64,000 bases of DNA from Alphaproteobacteria bacterium. GTDB taxonomy: Bacteria; Pseudomonadota; Alphaproteobacteria; UBA828. Below are positions 42,447 to 52,420 of the stretch, piece by piece; within the stretch, counting starts at the first letter, position 1, and every line of letters starts with the position of its first letter. The position numbers and the translations under genes are program-made. A model generated the notes under the pieces. It was not told the DNA's origin, did no database searches, and saw only the letters and a program-made list of their open reading frames with translations. The stretch is from positions 512,001 to 576,000 of the forward strand of contig CBDCCI010000001.1 of NCBI GenBank assembly GCA_965214705.1. The letters are read 5' to 3'.

Positions 42447-42804
42447 GCACTACCTGAAGCGAATTGTTCGCGAATGAACCGTGACGCACGGGTTGCTCTT
42501 TCCTCCTGTATATGGCTTACGCTACAGTGGGTTAGGATGATTGCAAGGGCGGATTGGGCGGAGATGGAGAACACATTGGCAAGTCCTGTGTCTCTCAGGA
42601 GTTGCACGCGGGGAAGTGGGTTGTGGATATTGGCGTAGAGCGCTGGTATGGTTCTTATCACGAATTGAGGGGGCTCTACGAGGACACAATGGCGGCATAT
42701 ACTATCGCTCACGAGGAATACCACAGGATTTTGGTGACATATTCCTCGTCCTCACGAAGCCACGTGTCCCGGTTGCAGCAGGTCCCTACGGGCGGCTCGC
42801 CACC

Positions 42805-43167
42805 ATGAGGGAGGATGCCAGTGGGCGCCGCCAGCGCGCGGTGATGGCGACCGATGCGGAGTGGGAGAGGATCGGCCGGGCGGCTGCGGCGAGCGGCATG
42901 GACCTGTCGCGCTTCGTGATCCATCGCGCTCTCGATCGCGATCCGCTGCCGCCGGAGGTCCTGCGCCGGGCGGTCCGCGAGATGCTGGTGATGTCCAGGC
43001 TGGAGGAGAGGCGGTTGCGCGGGGCGGGCGCCGGCGAGGCCTGGGAGGACGCCTGCGACGCGGTGGACGAATGGATCGAGCGGGAGGGCATGCTGGACCG
43101 GCTCACCGATCCCGGTGCTGCGAACCGCTGGAAGGCGGCGGGGCCGGCCGGGGAGGACGGGTCGTGA
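42805..43167 (+). CDS. RHH/MobC-like protein 1
   Basis: RAVMATDAEWERIGRAAAASGMDLSRFVIHRAL. Confidence 0.7.
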   Translation: MREDASGRRQRAVMATDAEWERIGRAAAASGMDLSRFVIHRALDRDPLPPEVLRRAVREMLVMSRLEERRLRGAGAGEAWEDACDAVDEWIEREGMLDRLTDPGAANRWKAAGPAGEDGS

Positions 43168-43475
43168 CGGAGGAGGCGGCGCGGCCCGTCAGGCGTCAGC
43201 GCAGCCTGCACTGCAAGCCGGTGGAGCAGGAGATGATCCGGGAGCGCGCGGCGGCGGCGGAGAAGACCGTGTCGCGCTATATTCTGGATCTCGCGCTCGC
43301 CGACGATCCGGACCGCCATCCGCTGGTGCTGACTGAAGCGGAACAGGTGGAGCAGCGGGACGGGGTGCGGGAGTTGCAGGCATTCGTGCGGGCTCTCCGG
43401 CGCGAGCTTCCGGGGGGCAGCGGGCTGAGCCTTCTGAGCGCGATCTCCGTCCTCGCGAGGGAGCGTGCGCTGTGA
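43164..43475 (+). CDS. RHH/MobC-like protein 2
   Basis: RSLHCKPVEQEMIRERAAAAEKTVSRYILDLAL; GTGA overlap. Confidence 0.7.
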   Translation: MTEEAARPVRRQRSLHCKPVEQEMIRERAAAAEKTVSRYILDLALADDPDRHPLVLTEAEQVEQRDGVRELQAFVRALRRELPGGSGLSLLSAISVLARERAL

Positions 43476-44008
43476 GACGGACGCGGCGTCGGCGGAAGGC
43501 GCGCAGGCCGAGCAGGCACATCTCGATTTCGGCGACGGACGCGGAGTGGGAGACCGTTCGCAACAAGGCCGACCAGCGCGGGCTGTCGATCGCGCGCTAC
43601 CTGCTGGAGCTGGTGGAGCGGGACGGCTCGGAAGAGGACACTGGTCTCCGGCACGAGTGGCCCGCGTTGGCGCTGGCAAAGGACGAGCAGCGGGAGCAGC
43701 TGGAGGCGCTGCGGGAGGTTCGCGCGCTGATGCTGGAGGGGGAGGATGCGGGTCCGCTTGTGCGCGACATGCGGGAGAGGATCGCGGTGATGTTCGCCGC
43801 CTGGGCGTCCGCGATGGCCGGGGCGGGCCGCTCGGAAGAGCTGCGCATGGCGCTCGCCTCGGTGCTGGGCGAGGAGCGGGCACGCATCGCTGCGGCGTCG
43901 GTCGTGACCTCGGTCACGGTTTCGACCGAGCCGCCGGCAGCGAAGAAAGAGGTCGCGCCTGAGTCCCGCGAGGGAAAGGCGGACGCCGGCCAGGACCGGC
44001 TCTTGTGA
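43472..44008 (+). CDS. RHH/MobC-like protein 3
   Basis: HISISATDAEWETVRNKADQRGLSIARYLLELV; GTGA overlap. Confidence 0.7.
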   Translation: MRRTRRRRKARRPSRHISISATDAEWETVRNKADQRGLSIARYLLELVERDGSEEDTGLRHEWPALALAKDEQREQLEALREVRALMLEGEDAGPLVRDMRERIAVMFAAWASAMAGAGRSEELRMALASVLGEERARIAAASVVTSVTVSTEPPAAKKEVAPESREGKADAGQDRLL

Positions 44009-44235
44009 GGCGGGCACCATGTGCGCCGCGGTCCCTATCGAGGTGCAGAGAATCGTCGGTACAAGGGGAGAGACAACGTGATTGCGGGACGCGGCGGCAG
44101 AAGCGAAAGGTCGCGCTTTAGGCCCACAACGGGAAGACGGACTTGCACCTATACCGTTTGCTGTGAGGCGGCCTCCATGTGCGCCACCGGCATGAACGAG
44201 GTGCACGAGATCGACCACACGAGGGAACAATTGTC

Positions 44236-44901
44236 GTGACTGCGGAGCGCGACGGCAAGAGCGCGTGGACCGGCCAGCCGGACTTGCTGGCGAGCCTGCC
44301 GCCGGAGGGCCCGCCCGCTTCGCGGCCGGATCCCGGTATCGATCCTGCCGTGGTCGAGGAACTGCTCACCGAAGTCCGGGTCCTGCGGGAGCAGGTGGCC
44401 GGACTGAAGGAAGCGGTATCCGCCGACCGGCCTGCGCCAGCGCCTGAGGCTGCACCTGAGGTGCTGACGCGGGAGGCGCTGGAAGCCTGGGGCGACGGAC
44501 TCGTGGCCCGTGTTGCCGAGGCTGCGCGACCGGCGGACGCGCTGGCGGCCGGGCCCGGGGAAGATGCCGCGGCAGCGCTTGATGGCCATGCCGGCAGGAT
44601 CGAGGAAGCGGCGGTGAAGGCGGCAGCGGCGGCGGAACGCATCGATCGGGGTATGGCAACCACTGCGGACCGGGTCGCGGCCGGGGTCGAGGAGGCCGCG
44701 GCCAGGATCGAAAAGGGCCTCGCGGCGACGCGCTCCCAAGTCATCGACCATTCCGGTTCTATCCGTGGGCTTCTCTATGACGTCCTCACGCAAACGGCCG
44801 GACCGAAGTTCGGCTTGAAGACGGTTCTTGTGGGCTTGATCGTCTTCGTTCTGGGCATGCTGCTCGAGAGCCACATACATCTGCTCTACCGATGGCAGTG
44901 A
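44236..44901 (+). CDS. Hypothetical coiled-coil protein with a C-terminal TM helix
   Basis: Ala/Glu-rich helices, VLVGLIVFVLGMLL. Start uncertain. Confidence 0.6.
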   Translation: MTAERDGKSAWTGQPDLLASLPPEGPPASRPDPGIDPAVVEELLTEVRVLREQVAGLKEAVSADRPAPAPEAAPEVLTREALEAWGDGLVARVAEAARPADALAAGPGEDAAAALDGHAGRIEEAAVKAAAAAERIDRGMATTADRVAAGVEEAAARIEKGLAATRSQVIDHSGSIRGLLYDVLTQTAGPKFGLKTVLVGLIVFVLGMLLESHIHLLYRWQ

Positions 44902-44976
44902 GCCCGGTGAGCCTGCGGCGTCCCGCCTGTCCGCCACTGCCGCGCACCGGCGCGGCCGTAATCGGGGTCTGAGCCG

Positions 44977-47900
44977 ATGGTCGCCACGGTCGTCGAGCTT
45001 CGTTCGTCCGCCATGGCGGTGACCTACTACGAGCGCGACGGCTACTACGCAAAGAACGATCCCGAGCACCGCCAGGCCAGCTTCTGGTACGGGGACGCGG
45101 CGAAGGCGCTGGGGCTCAAGGCCCATGTGCGCCCCTCGCGCTTCGAATCGGTGCTGTCGGGATTCGTGCCGGGGATGGAGCTCCGTCTCGGCCGAATGCG
45201 CGAGGGGGAGCACGATCACCGGCCCGGCTGGGACATAACCCTGTCGGCTCCGAAGTCGGTATCGCTGGAGGCGCTGGTGATGGGCGACCGCCGGGTGATC
45301 CGGGCTCACGACGAGGCGGTGCGGGCGACGCTCGGCTTCGTGGAGTCGGATCTCCTGCAGACCCGGGGCTGGGACCCGGCGACGCGGCGCCGTCCCCGGG
45401 TGAAGGCGGAGGGCATGGTGGTGGCGGGGTTCCGGCACCTCGCGAGCCGCGACCAGGACCCGCAGCTGCACACCCACTGCGTGCTGGCCAACATGACGCG
45501 CAATGCGTCGGGGGAATGGCGGAGCGTGGAGCCGACCAGGATCCGCCGCAGCGAGAAGCTGATCGGGGCGTACTACCGGAACGAGCTCGCGCAGCGTCTC
45601 CAGGCTTTGGGTATGGCCGTCTCGCCGAGCCTGGTGGGACGGGTACCGGGGTTCGAGCTTGCGGGCTACGACCGCTCCTTCCTGGACGCGTTCTCGGGCA
45701 GGCGCCGCGAGATTCTTGCGTACCTGGAGCGCCAGGACCTGTCCTACACGGCGAAGCACACGCAGATGGCGGCGCTGCACACGCGCCGGCGCAAGGAGGA
45801 CAAGGGCCTCGCGGACCTGGTGCCGGAATGGCGCGAACGGGCGCAGGCACTGAGTCTGGCCCGGGAGAAGACGGCTCTCACGCCGTCCCGGCCGCTGGAC
45901 CCGGTGACCGGCGAGCGGGTTGGATTGCCGCACGTGCTACCTCCCGACCTGCCGGCCAACGAGATCCGCAGCCTGAAGCGCGCGCCGGCGCTGCCGGCGC
46001 TGCCGAGGTTGGCCCGCGACGACGTTGCCGCGTCGGCGGGGGTGAATCCCACGCAGTCTCGCTCACCGGCGCCGGCGGAGCTGTCGCAGGAGCCTGAGCG
46101 CGGCGTCCTGGAGGCGGTGGCGCGGGCGGTGTCGCACGTTGCGGAGAGGCGCACCGCGATCCCGGAGGCGGAGATCAGGGCGGTGGCGCTGGGCCATGCG
46201 CCGGGGCGCTACACGCTGGCCGAGGTCGACGGGGCGATCGCACGGCTGGTGTCCGGCGGCGAGCTGATCGAGGCGGAACGCCGGGGCATGGACCGGGCCT
46301 TCGTCACCGACCGGGCGGTGAAGGCCGAACGCCAGGTGCTGGCGTCGATGCAGGCGGGACGGGACAAGGGAACGGCGCTGGCCGGTACAGATGCCGTCGA
46401 GGCGCGGCTCGGGGCGTCGCGTCTCACGCAGGGCCAGAGGGAGGCGGTCCGCACGGTGCTGCTGTCGAGCGATCTCACGGTCGGCGTGCAGGGCCATGCG
46501 GGCAGCGGCAAGACCACCATGCTGAGGGAGGTGAAGGCGCTTCTCGGAGGCAGGACGATACAGGGCCTCGCGCCCTCGGCCGCCGCCGCCCGGGTTCTCG
46601 CCAGGGAGGCAGACATCCCCTCGCGGACGCTGCAGCACTTCCTGACCCGCTTCAACGATCTTTCCGACCCGGAGCGACTGGCGCGGGGCCGGGAGGAGTA
46701 CGGGGGCGCGGTGCTGGCGGTGGACGAGGCCTCGATGATCGACACCGTGCGCATGGAGGCGCTGCTGCGCATCGCGCGCGATCTGAATGTGGCACGCGTG
46801 GCGCTGGTGGGCGGCACCGCGCAGCTGAAGGCGGTGGATGCGGGCCAGCCCTTCCGCCTGCTGCAGAAGGCGGGCATGGCGACGGCGACCATGGACGAGG
46901 TGCTGCGCCAGCGCGACCCGGCGCTGCGCGCGACGGTAGGCCGCGTCAGGGAGGGGGAGCCGGACGCGGCGATCGCGGCGCTGGGCAACCGGGTGCGCGA
47001 GGCGCCCCGCGAGGAGCTCGGCATCGAGGCGGGCCGGCGCTGGCTCGCGCTGGCGCCGGAGCAGCGGGCGGACACCCTGATCCTGGCCCCCACGCACGCG
47101 ATCCGCCGGCAGGCAAACGAGGCGGTGCGCGAGGGGCTCGCGGAGGAAGGCGTCTTGAAGGGCCGCACGCTCGCCGTCGACCGCCTGGTAAACCGGCGGC
47201 TCACCCGCGCGCTGGCTTCCGACATCCGGAGCTACGAGCCCGGCGACACTATAGTGTTCCACCGCGACGTCTTCGGCTGCCGCGCGAACGACGTCTGCAC
47301 CGTCACGGGCCACGACGGCGGCAGGGTCGTGCTGGCCCATGCCGACGGCGAGCGCCGGTTCCGGCCCTCGGGCAATGCGGCGCGCTATCTGGGCCTCTAC
47401 GACACCGAGCGGATCGAGCTGCGCGCCGGCGACCTGATCCGCTGGACGCGCAACCGCAAGGCCCCGCCCGGCCGCGGCAGGCATCCCCGGGGGCCGGACC
47501 TGGTCAACGGCGGCGAGGCGGAGATCGTGGAGATCGGCTACAGGCGGGTGCGCTTCCGCGAGGGCGGCCGGGAGTTCGGTCTTGCGCTTACCGACCCGCA
47601 GCTGCGCCATCTGGATCATGCCTACTGTTCCACCGTGCATTCTGCGCAGGGCCGGACGGCGCGGGCGGCGATCGCGGTGCTGGACGCGGGCGCCGGGGCC
47701 GACCGCGAGCTGTTCCATGTCGAGCTCAGCCGGGTCTCGGAAGAGTTCCTGCTGCTGACCGACGACCGCGACGCGCTGATCGAGAGCATGGCATACGACC
47801 GGAGCGAGGACGGGGCGCTGGAGGCCTTGGGGATCGACCTTTCCGAGACCCCCGCGGTGGACCCCGAGGAGTTCGCGGCGCTGGCGGCGGACTGGCGGGC

Positions 47901-49773
47901 GCTTCTGCGGGAGGGCGAGGCGGCGAACACCGTTCCGTTCCTCCTCCCGGGCTACCGGGATGTGATGGCGCAGGCTGCTGCGCTCGCGCAGATCGAGGAC
48001 CTGCCGCAGGACATGCGCCGCCTCACCGATACCATGCTGGCGAAACACGAGGAGCATCTGGCCCACGACCGCGAGGTGCAGGGCCTCGTCGAGGGCATCC
48101 GGGACCACTGGCGGCGCTGGCCGGAGCTCGGCTGGGCGGCCTCCGCGCAGGGAGTGCCGGTGGAGCAACTCCCCGCATACGCTGCCTGGCGCGAGGAAGG
48201 GGCGGCGCTTCTGCAGGCGGGCCGGAGCCTGGTGGAGGCGGAGGGCGAGGCGGCACACCGCGAGGTGGCCCGCCACCTCCATGCCATGCCGGGAGGGCGC
48301 GCCGGTCTGGAAGACGCCGTCGAAATGCTCGAACGCACGCGGCTGCTCGACGATGCCGGACGCTTCGAGAGGGCGTGGCACGATCTCCGCCATCGAGCGG
48401 CTGAGAGCGTCGTCCCAGAGCTGTATGCGCCGGGCTACCGGCAGGTAGCGGCGCTTGGCGAAAGGCTCGCGGCCGCCGAGGGGCTCGATGCGCAGGCGCA
48501 GCGCGTGGTGGCGGATTGGCGGGAGGTCGATACGGCGCAGACGGCACTGGCCGAAGAGGTGCGTGCCCTGCCCGGTCGCATCGCGGCGTGGCAGGCGGTG
48601 GACCTGCCGCAGGACGAGCCCGGCGGGCTCGATCCGCACCATCCCGCACGCCGCGCCTGGCGCGACGAAGGCGCCAAGCTGGAGGCCATGGCCGGGGACA
48701 TGCTGCGCCCGGAAGACGCCCACGCGCCCTACCTGGACGCCGAGCCGGGTGCGCGCGACGCTGTCCGGCAGGTGGCGGAGGAGATCAGCGACGCGCTGCG
48801 GCACGACCGCTACCGGGCATTCGGGTGGCTGACGAAGGAGGTGAACCGGCAGGCGCGCGAGACCCGGACCGAGGCGTTCCATGTGCCGCGCTACAGCGAG
48901 CTGGTGGCACAGGCCGAGGCGCTCTCCGCGCAGGCGGCGCTGCCGGCGCGCACGCAGGAGGTGATCGCTTCATGGCTCGACTATCACGCCCGGTGCGAAC
49001 CGGTCTGCCGGCAGATCCGGGAATGGCCCGCACGGCTGGACGCGCTGACGGCGGACTGCCCCGAACGTCCCGCGACGCTCGACGCCCTGACCAAGTGGCG
49101 GCAACGGGCGGAGCCCCTGCTCGCAGAGGCCCGCGCGATGCTGGCGGAGGACGGCCCTCATGCGTCCCATCTGGCCGCCATGGTGGACGAGCGCAAGGCG
49201 CTGGCCGAGGGAACGGGCCGCCTCGACCGCGCGCTGGTCGAGGTCGAGGCGCGGGAGACGGACGTGGTGTCTTCGGTCGTACAAGAGTGGGCGGGGGAGA
49301 CCTATGGGATCGGCTTCGACAGCGGCGCCTATGCCGCGCTGATGGAGCGCGCACGCTCCCTCGATGCCAGGCCGCATCTGCCGGAGAGGCTGCGCGACAC
49401 GGTCGACGTCCTTCTCGCCAGGGACGAATGCTGGGCGCATAACCGGGATCGGGTCGAAGCGTTTCTCAAACGGGCTGCGGAGCTTGAGCGCGCGCGGAAC
49501 GCTCTGACGCAGATGGACGTCACGGCCTCGTCGTTCGAGGAGCGTCCGCAGGCCCGGCGAGACTGCCGGCAGAAGGAGAAGGAGGTTCTCGACGAAGCGG
49601 CAGCGCTCAGGAAGGACATGCCGAAACACGAGCTCGCCGCCCATCTGGCCGCCTGCGGCGCAGGCCCGGATGCGGTCCGTGAGCGCGAAGAGGAGATCCG
49701 CAACAGGATCGCCCGGGAGCAGGAAAAGCAGGCCGCCCTGCGAATGAGCCGGGACCGGGGAATCTCGATGTAG
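44977..49773 (+). CDS. MOBF (TrwC/TraI-like) relaxase-helicase with long C-terminal extension
   Basis: YYERDGYY, DITLSAPKSVS, H.ASRDQDPQLHTH, GHAGSGKTT, DEASM, HAYCSTVHSAQGRT, C-terminus DRGISM. Confidence 0.94.
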   Translation: MVATVVELRSSAMAVTYYERDGYYAKNDPEHRQASFWYGDAAKALGLKAHVRPSRFESVLSGFVPGMELRLGRMREGEHDHRPGWDITLSAPKSVSLEALVMGDRRVIRAHDEAVRATLGFVESDLLQTRGWDPATRRRPRVKAEGMVVAGFRHLASRDQDPQLHTHCVLANMTRNASGEWRSVEPTRIRRSEKLIGAYYRNELAQRLQALGMAVSPSLVGRVPGFELAGYDRSFLDAFSGRRREILAYLERQDLSYTAKHTQMAALHTRRRKEDKGLADLVPEWRERAQALSLAREKTALTPSRPLDPVTGERVGLPHVLPPDLPANEIRSLKRAPALPALPRLARDDVAASAGVNPTQSRSPAPAELSQEPERGVLEAVARAVSHVAERRTAIPEAEIRAVALGHAPGRYTLAEVDGAIARLVSGGELIEAERRGMDRAFVTDRAVKAERQVLASMQAGRDKGTALAGTDAVEARLGASRLTQGQREAVRTVLLSSDLTVGVQGHAGSGKTTMLREVKALLGGRTIQGLAPSAAAARVLAREADIPSRTLQHFLTRFNDLSDPERLARGREEYGGAVLAVDEASMIDTVRMEALLRIARDLNVARVALVGGTAQLKAVDAGQPFRLLQKAGMATATMDEVLRQRDPALRATVGRVREGEPDAAIAALGNRVREAPREELGIEAGRRWLALAPEQRADTLILAPTHAIRRQANEAVREGLAEEGVLKGRTLAVDRLVNRRLTRALASDIRSYEPGDTIVFHRDVFGCRANDVCTVTGHDGGRVVLAHADGERRFRPSGNAARYLGLYDTERIELRAGDLIRWTRNRKAPPGRGRHPRGPDLVNGGEAEIVEIGYRRVRFREGGREFGLALTDPQLRHLDHAYCSTVHSAQGRTARAAIAVLDAGAGADRELFHVELSRVSEEFLLLTDDRDALIESMAYDRSEDGALEALGIDLSETPAVDPEEFAALAADWRALLREGEAANTVPFLLPGYRDVMAQAAALAQIEDLPQDMRRLTDTMLAKHEEHLAHDREVQGLVEGIRDHWRRWPELGWAASAQGVPVEQLPAYAAWREEGAALLQAGRSLVEAEGEAAHREVARHLHAMPGGRAGLEDAVEMLERTRLLDDAGRFERAWHDLRHRAAESVVPELYAPGYRQVAALGERLAAAEGLDAQAQRVVADWREVDTAQTALAEEVRALPGRIAAWQAVDLPQDEPGGLDPHHPARRAWRDEGAKLEAMAGDMLRPEDAHAPYLDAEPGARDAVRQVAEEISDALRHDRYRAFGWLTKEVNRQARETRTEAFHVPRYSELVAQAEALSAQAALPARTQEVIASWLDYHARCEPVCRQIREWPARLDALTADCPERPATLDALTKWRQRAEPLLAEARAMLAEDGPHASHLAAMVDERKALAEGTGRLDRALVEVEARETDVVSSVVQEWAGETYGIGFDSGAYAALMERARSLDARPHLPERLRDTVDVLLARDECWAHNRDRVEAFLKRAAELERARNALTQMDVTASSFEERPQARRDCRQKEKEVLDEAAALRKDMPKHELAAHLAACGAGPDAVREREEEIRNRIAREQEKQAALRMSRDRGISM

Positions 49774-49943
49774 ATGTGGAACGCCGTAGGCGTGGACCGC
49801 CGCGTCCGTGCACTCCGCAGGGCGATGCTGTCGAGGCGGGGCACCGTTCCCTCCCATGGCGGCCTTCGGCCTGCCGCTAGCAAGTGGGTTTGGCCGGTTC
49901 TGTTAGCGCATTGATTATTCTGTTAGCGCATCGATTATCCGCT

Positions 49944-50108
49944 GGGTCTGCGTCTGGCATGGCGGACGCATCGAGAATGTATGTGGTTGATTCTCCGCGA
50001 TTTTGCATTCGCACCGGATGGCCGCAAACGGGCCCTCGTGACAATCGGTGCTTCTGAGCCTGACTTCGGTCACGACAACGGGCTGGAGTGGGAGCGGTAG
50101 AAACGCTC
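49944..50108 (+). repeat. 165-bp direct repeat, copy 1
   Basis: Matches 53885-54049. Confidence 0.95.
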
Positions 50109-50160
50109 GGGGCTTATGATCCTTACTTAACGGGCGAGGGGCGATCAGGATGATGGCGGG

Positions 50161-50550
50161 ATGCGGAAGGTGGTCTACACCGTCGGTGGAACGGGCGCTC
50201 TTGGCGTCGGAGAAAGAGTGATGTCCGTCATCTTTCCCGAATGGTCGCTGTACACCTGGGGTGTGGTCGGTGCGGCCTTTATCGCCCTGATAGTGCTGAC
50301 GTGGCTGACAGAGCCGAACCGCATTTTCGGGAGGAAGTGGCGCGCTCTGAGAATCGCGCGCGATGAGAAGATCGCACGGCTCGCCGCCAACATGATCGAG
50401 GAAAAGCGGATACGGCGGATCGCCGAGGCCACGATGATGCACTACACGGAAGACCCGGAGATGAAACTGCGGATGGGGCAAAAGCTCCTGGAAAAGTGGG
50501 AGAAGGAAGATGAGGCCGCCCGCCGTTCAGACGACGAGCGGCCCCAATGA
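50161..50550 (+). CDS. Hypothetical membrane protein (IS1595 passenger)
   Basis: Hydrophobic helix WGVVGAAFIALIVLTWL and a charged tail. Confidence 0.6.
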   Translation: MRKVVYTVGGTGALGVGERVMSVIFPEWSLYTWGVVGAAFIALIVLTWLTEPNRIFGRKWRALRIARDEKIARLAANMIEEKRIRRIAEATMMHYTEDPEMKLRMGQKLLEKWEKEDEAARRSDDERPQ

Positions 50551-50561
50551 GCGGATTCGCC

Positions 50562-51989
50562 CTACCGGCTTGTGCCGAACGCGGCCGTGAGGTCGGCGCG
50601 CCCGAGCGTTCCGGCGGCGCCCTCGTGGGCGGCGCCCGTGAAGATGCCCGTGAGTGTACCATCATCACCGCCAGTTTCTCGGAAGGTGTTGCCGTCCACG
50701 GCGATCAGGTAGCCGAGATCGCCGTCGCCCCAGGTGCTGCCGCCTTCGCGGTACTCAAGGGCGGTGAAGTCGGCGGTTCCGGTCAATGTGCCGAGTTGAA
50801 CGCCGATCTCCGCGTCGCCGACGACGGGGCGCCGCCCGGAGAAGCCGAGCAAGGCACCCTGCCATGTCACGGTGCCGGACAGCGCGCGGTTGCCCGCGAG
50901 CGTGGTGCTCGGCGTGCGCCCATGCGCCCAAGGCTCGCTGTAACCGTTCCTGAGCGCGACGCCGAAGTTGGCATGTGGCCCGTTGCCGGCAAGGTGGACC
51001 GCTATGCTGTCCCACGGGCCGAAGTCATTGGGACCGTCGCCGGGATTGAGGCGCCCGTACATGGCTTGGAGCGCCTCGCGGTCGAGCGGATGAAGGATCG
51101 AGGACAGTCCAGACGGGATGTAGTTCGGGTGCATGATCGAATCGATCGTCGAGACATGCGCATCCATCCCGAGCGAGTGCAGGATTTCGTGCGCCACAAG
51201 CGACTGCGCCAGCACCTCGATGTTGTAGGCGGTGGTCCCGCGGGCGATCTGCACGTAGGCGTGATCGTTCCTGTGCCCGGCCTTCTCGATGGTCCATGTG
51301 GTGCCCGAGGCCCCACCGCAGTTCACGTAGGCCGCGCAGTCCAGAAACTCGATGTGGATGGTGTTGGACCGCTCTCTTCCCGACTTGGTGTAGAACCCTC
51401 GGGAGTTCACCGCGTCGCGCAAGCTGAGTCCCGACAAGGGAGCCTCGACCTGGATGCGGTAGGCCAGAGGCAGCGAGAGATTGACCGCCTCCACCACCTC
51501 CGCGACGAGCTCCCGCTCACGCGCGGTCGACGGTCCGATCACCCTGAGTGCTGGCGCCGAGGCGAAGCGCGTGATGGTTCCCCTGGAGGTCACGGCGAGA
51601 TGGTTGGCGACGGCGCTGCGGCCGACACCATCGTTGAGGACGCCGTAGCGGATCGTCGCACCGGCGCGCGTGCCGACAGTCGGCAAAGTGCCGAGGGGCG
51701 AATCCCTCAGATCGACGCCGGCATTCTGCCGGTCGCCGCTGGTCAGCGGGAATGGCAGCGCTGCAGCCCGTTCAGCCGCCTCGCGTTCGGCCTCTTCTCT
51801 GGCGAGCCGCTCCCGCTCCAGGCGTTCCGCTTCCTCACGCTCCACGCGCTCTTGTTCCGCCGCCTCGCGCTCGGCCTGTGTAGGTTCAACGGTCGACGTG
51901 ACGGGGGTGCTCCCGCCTCCACCGCCACACGCGGCAAGCGCCACCAAGGCCGCAACGCACGCTACGGCGGTCAACGATGTTCTGATCAT
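50562..51989 (-). CDS. Lipoprotein with zincin metalloprotease motif and TbpB-like C-terminal barrel (IS1595 passenger)
   Basis: Lipobox LAAC-GGGG, HEILHSLGMDAH, Met-turn SIMHP, SGTVTWQG, G.FTGAAHEGAAG...AAFGTSR. Confidence 0.8.
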   Translation of the reverse strand: MIRTSLTAVACVAALVALAACGGGGGSTPVTSTVEPTQAEREAAEQERVEREEAERLERERLAREEAEREAAERAAALPFPLTSGDRQNAGVDLRDSPLGTLPTVGTRAGATIRYGVLNDGVGRSAVANHLAVTSRGTITRFASAPALRVIGPSTARERELVAEVVEAVNLSLPLAYRIQVEAPLSGLSLRDAVNSRGFYTKSGRERSNTIHIEFLDCAAYVNCGGASGTTWTIEKAGHRNDHAYVQIARGTTAYNIEVLAQSLVAHEILHSLGMDAHVSTIDSIMHPNYIPSGLSSILHPLDREALQAMYGRLNPGDGPNDFGPWDSIAVHLAGNGPHANFGVALRNGYSEPWAHGRTPSTTLAGNRALSGTVTWQGALLGFSGRRPVVGDAEIGVQLGTLTGTADFTALEYREGGSTWGDGDLGYLIAVDGNTFRETGGDDGTLTGIFTGAAHEGAAGTLGRADLTAAFGTSR

Positions 51990-52216
51990 GTGTGCATCTC
52001 CCGTGGACCCGACCGCGCCCCGTGGCGCCTGGCGCCGGGCCGTTGCAAACCTCACGGGTATGTGATGTCCCCACCTATTCGCCCTGGCGCGGGAGCTACC
52101 CGAGCCGTTTGCGAGGCTGTTCTATTCAGCGGGCGGCCCGACAGGGCGGGCACCCGGAGGTTTGCAGGGGATAGCGTGACGGGCGCTCGCGGCGCCGTCA
52201 AGCAAGGAGACTAGCT

Positions 52217-52420
52217 ATGACCCGAGGTGTTCCGGTGCTCGATCCGAAGCGCGACTTGAAGGGCGCGACGCCCGAGAAGCTGGCGAAGGCGCTGTTTCGC
52301 CGGACGGGGCCGCTACCGGCCCGCGTTCGACAGCCCGTTGCGGGCGATCAGGTCGCGGTAGAGGAGGTTCCGGCCGACGAGGCGGGCGACGGTATCACGC
52401 ATCTGGACGAGGGTTCCTGA
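52217..52420 (+). CDS. Small hypothetical protein convergent with, and overlapping, the IS1595 transposase
   Basis: AAGGAG RBS; MTRGVPVLDPKRDLKGATPEKLAKALFR. Confidence 0.5.
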   Translation: MTRGVPVLDPKRDLKGATPEKLAKALFRRTGPLPARVRQPVAGDQVAVEEVPADEAGDGITHLDEGS

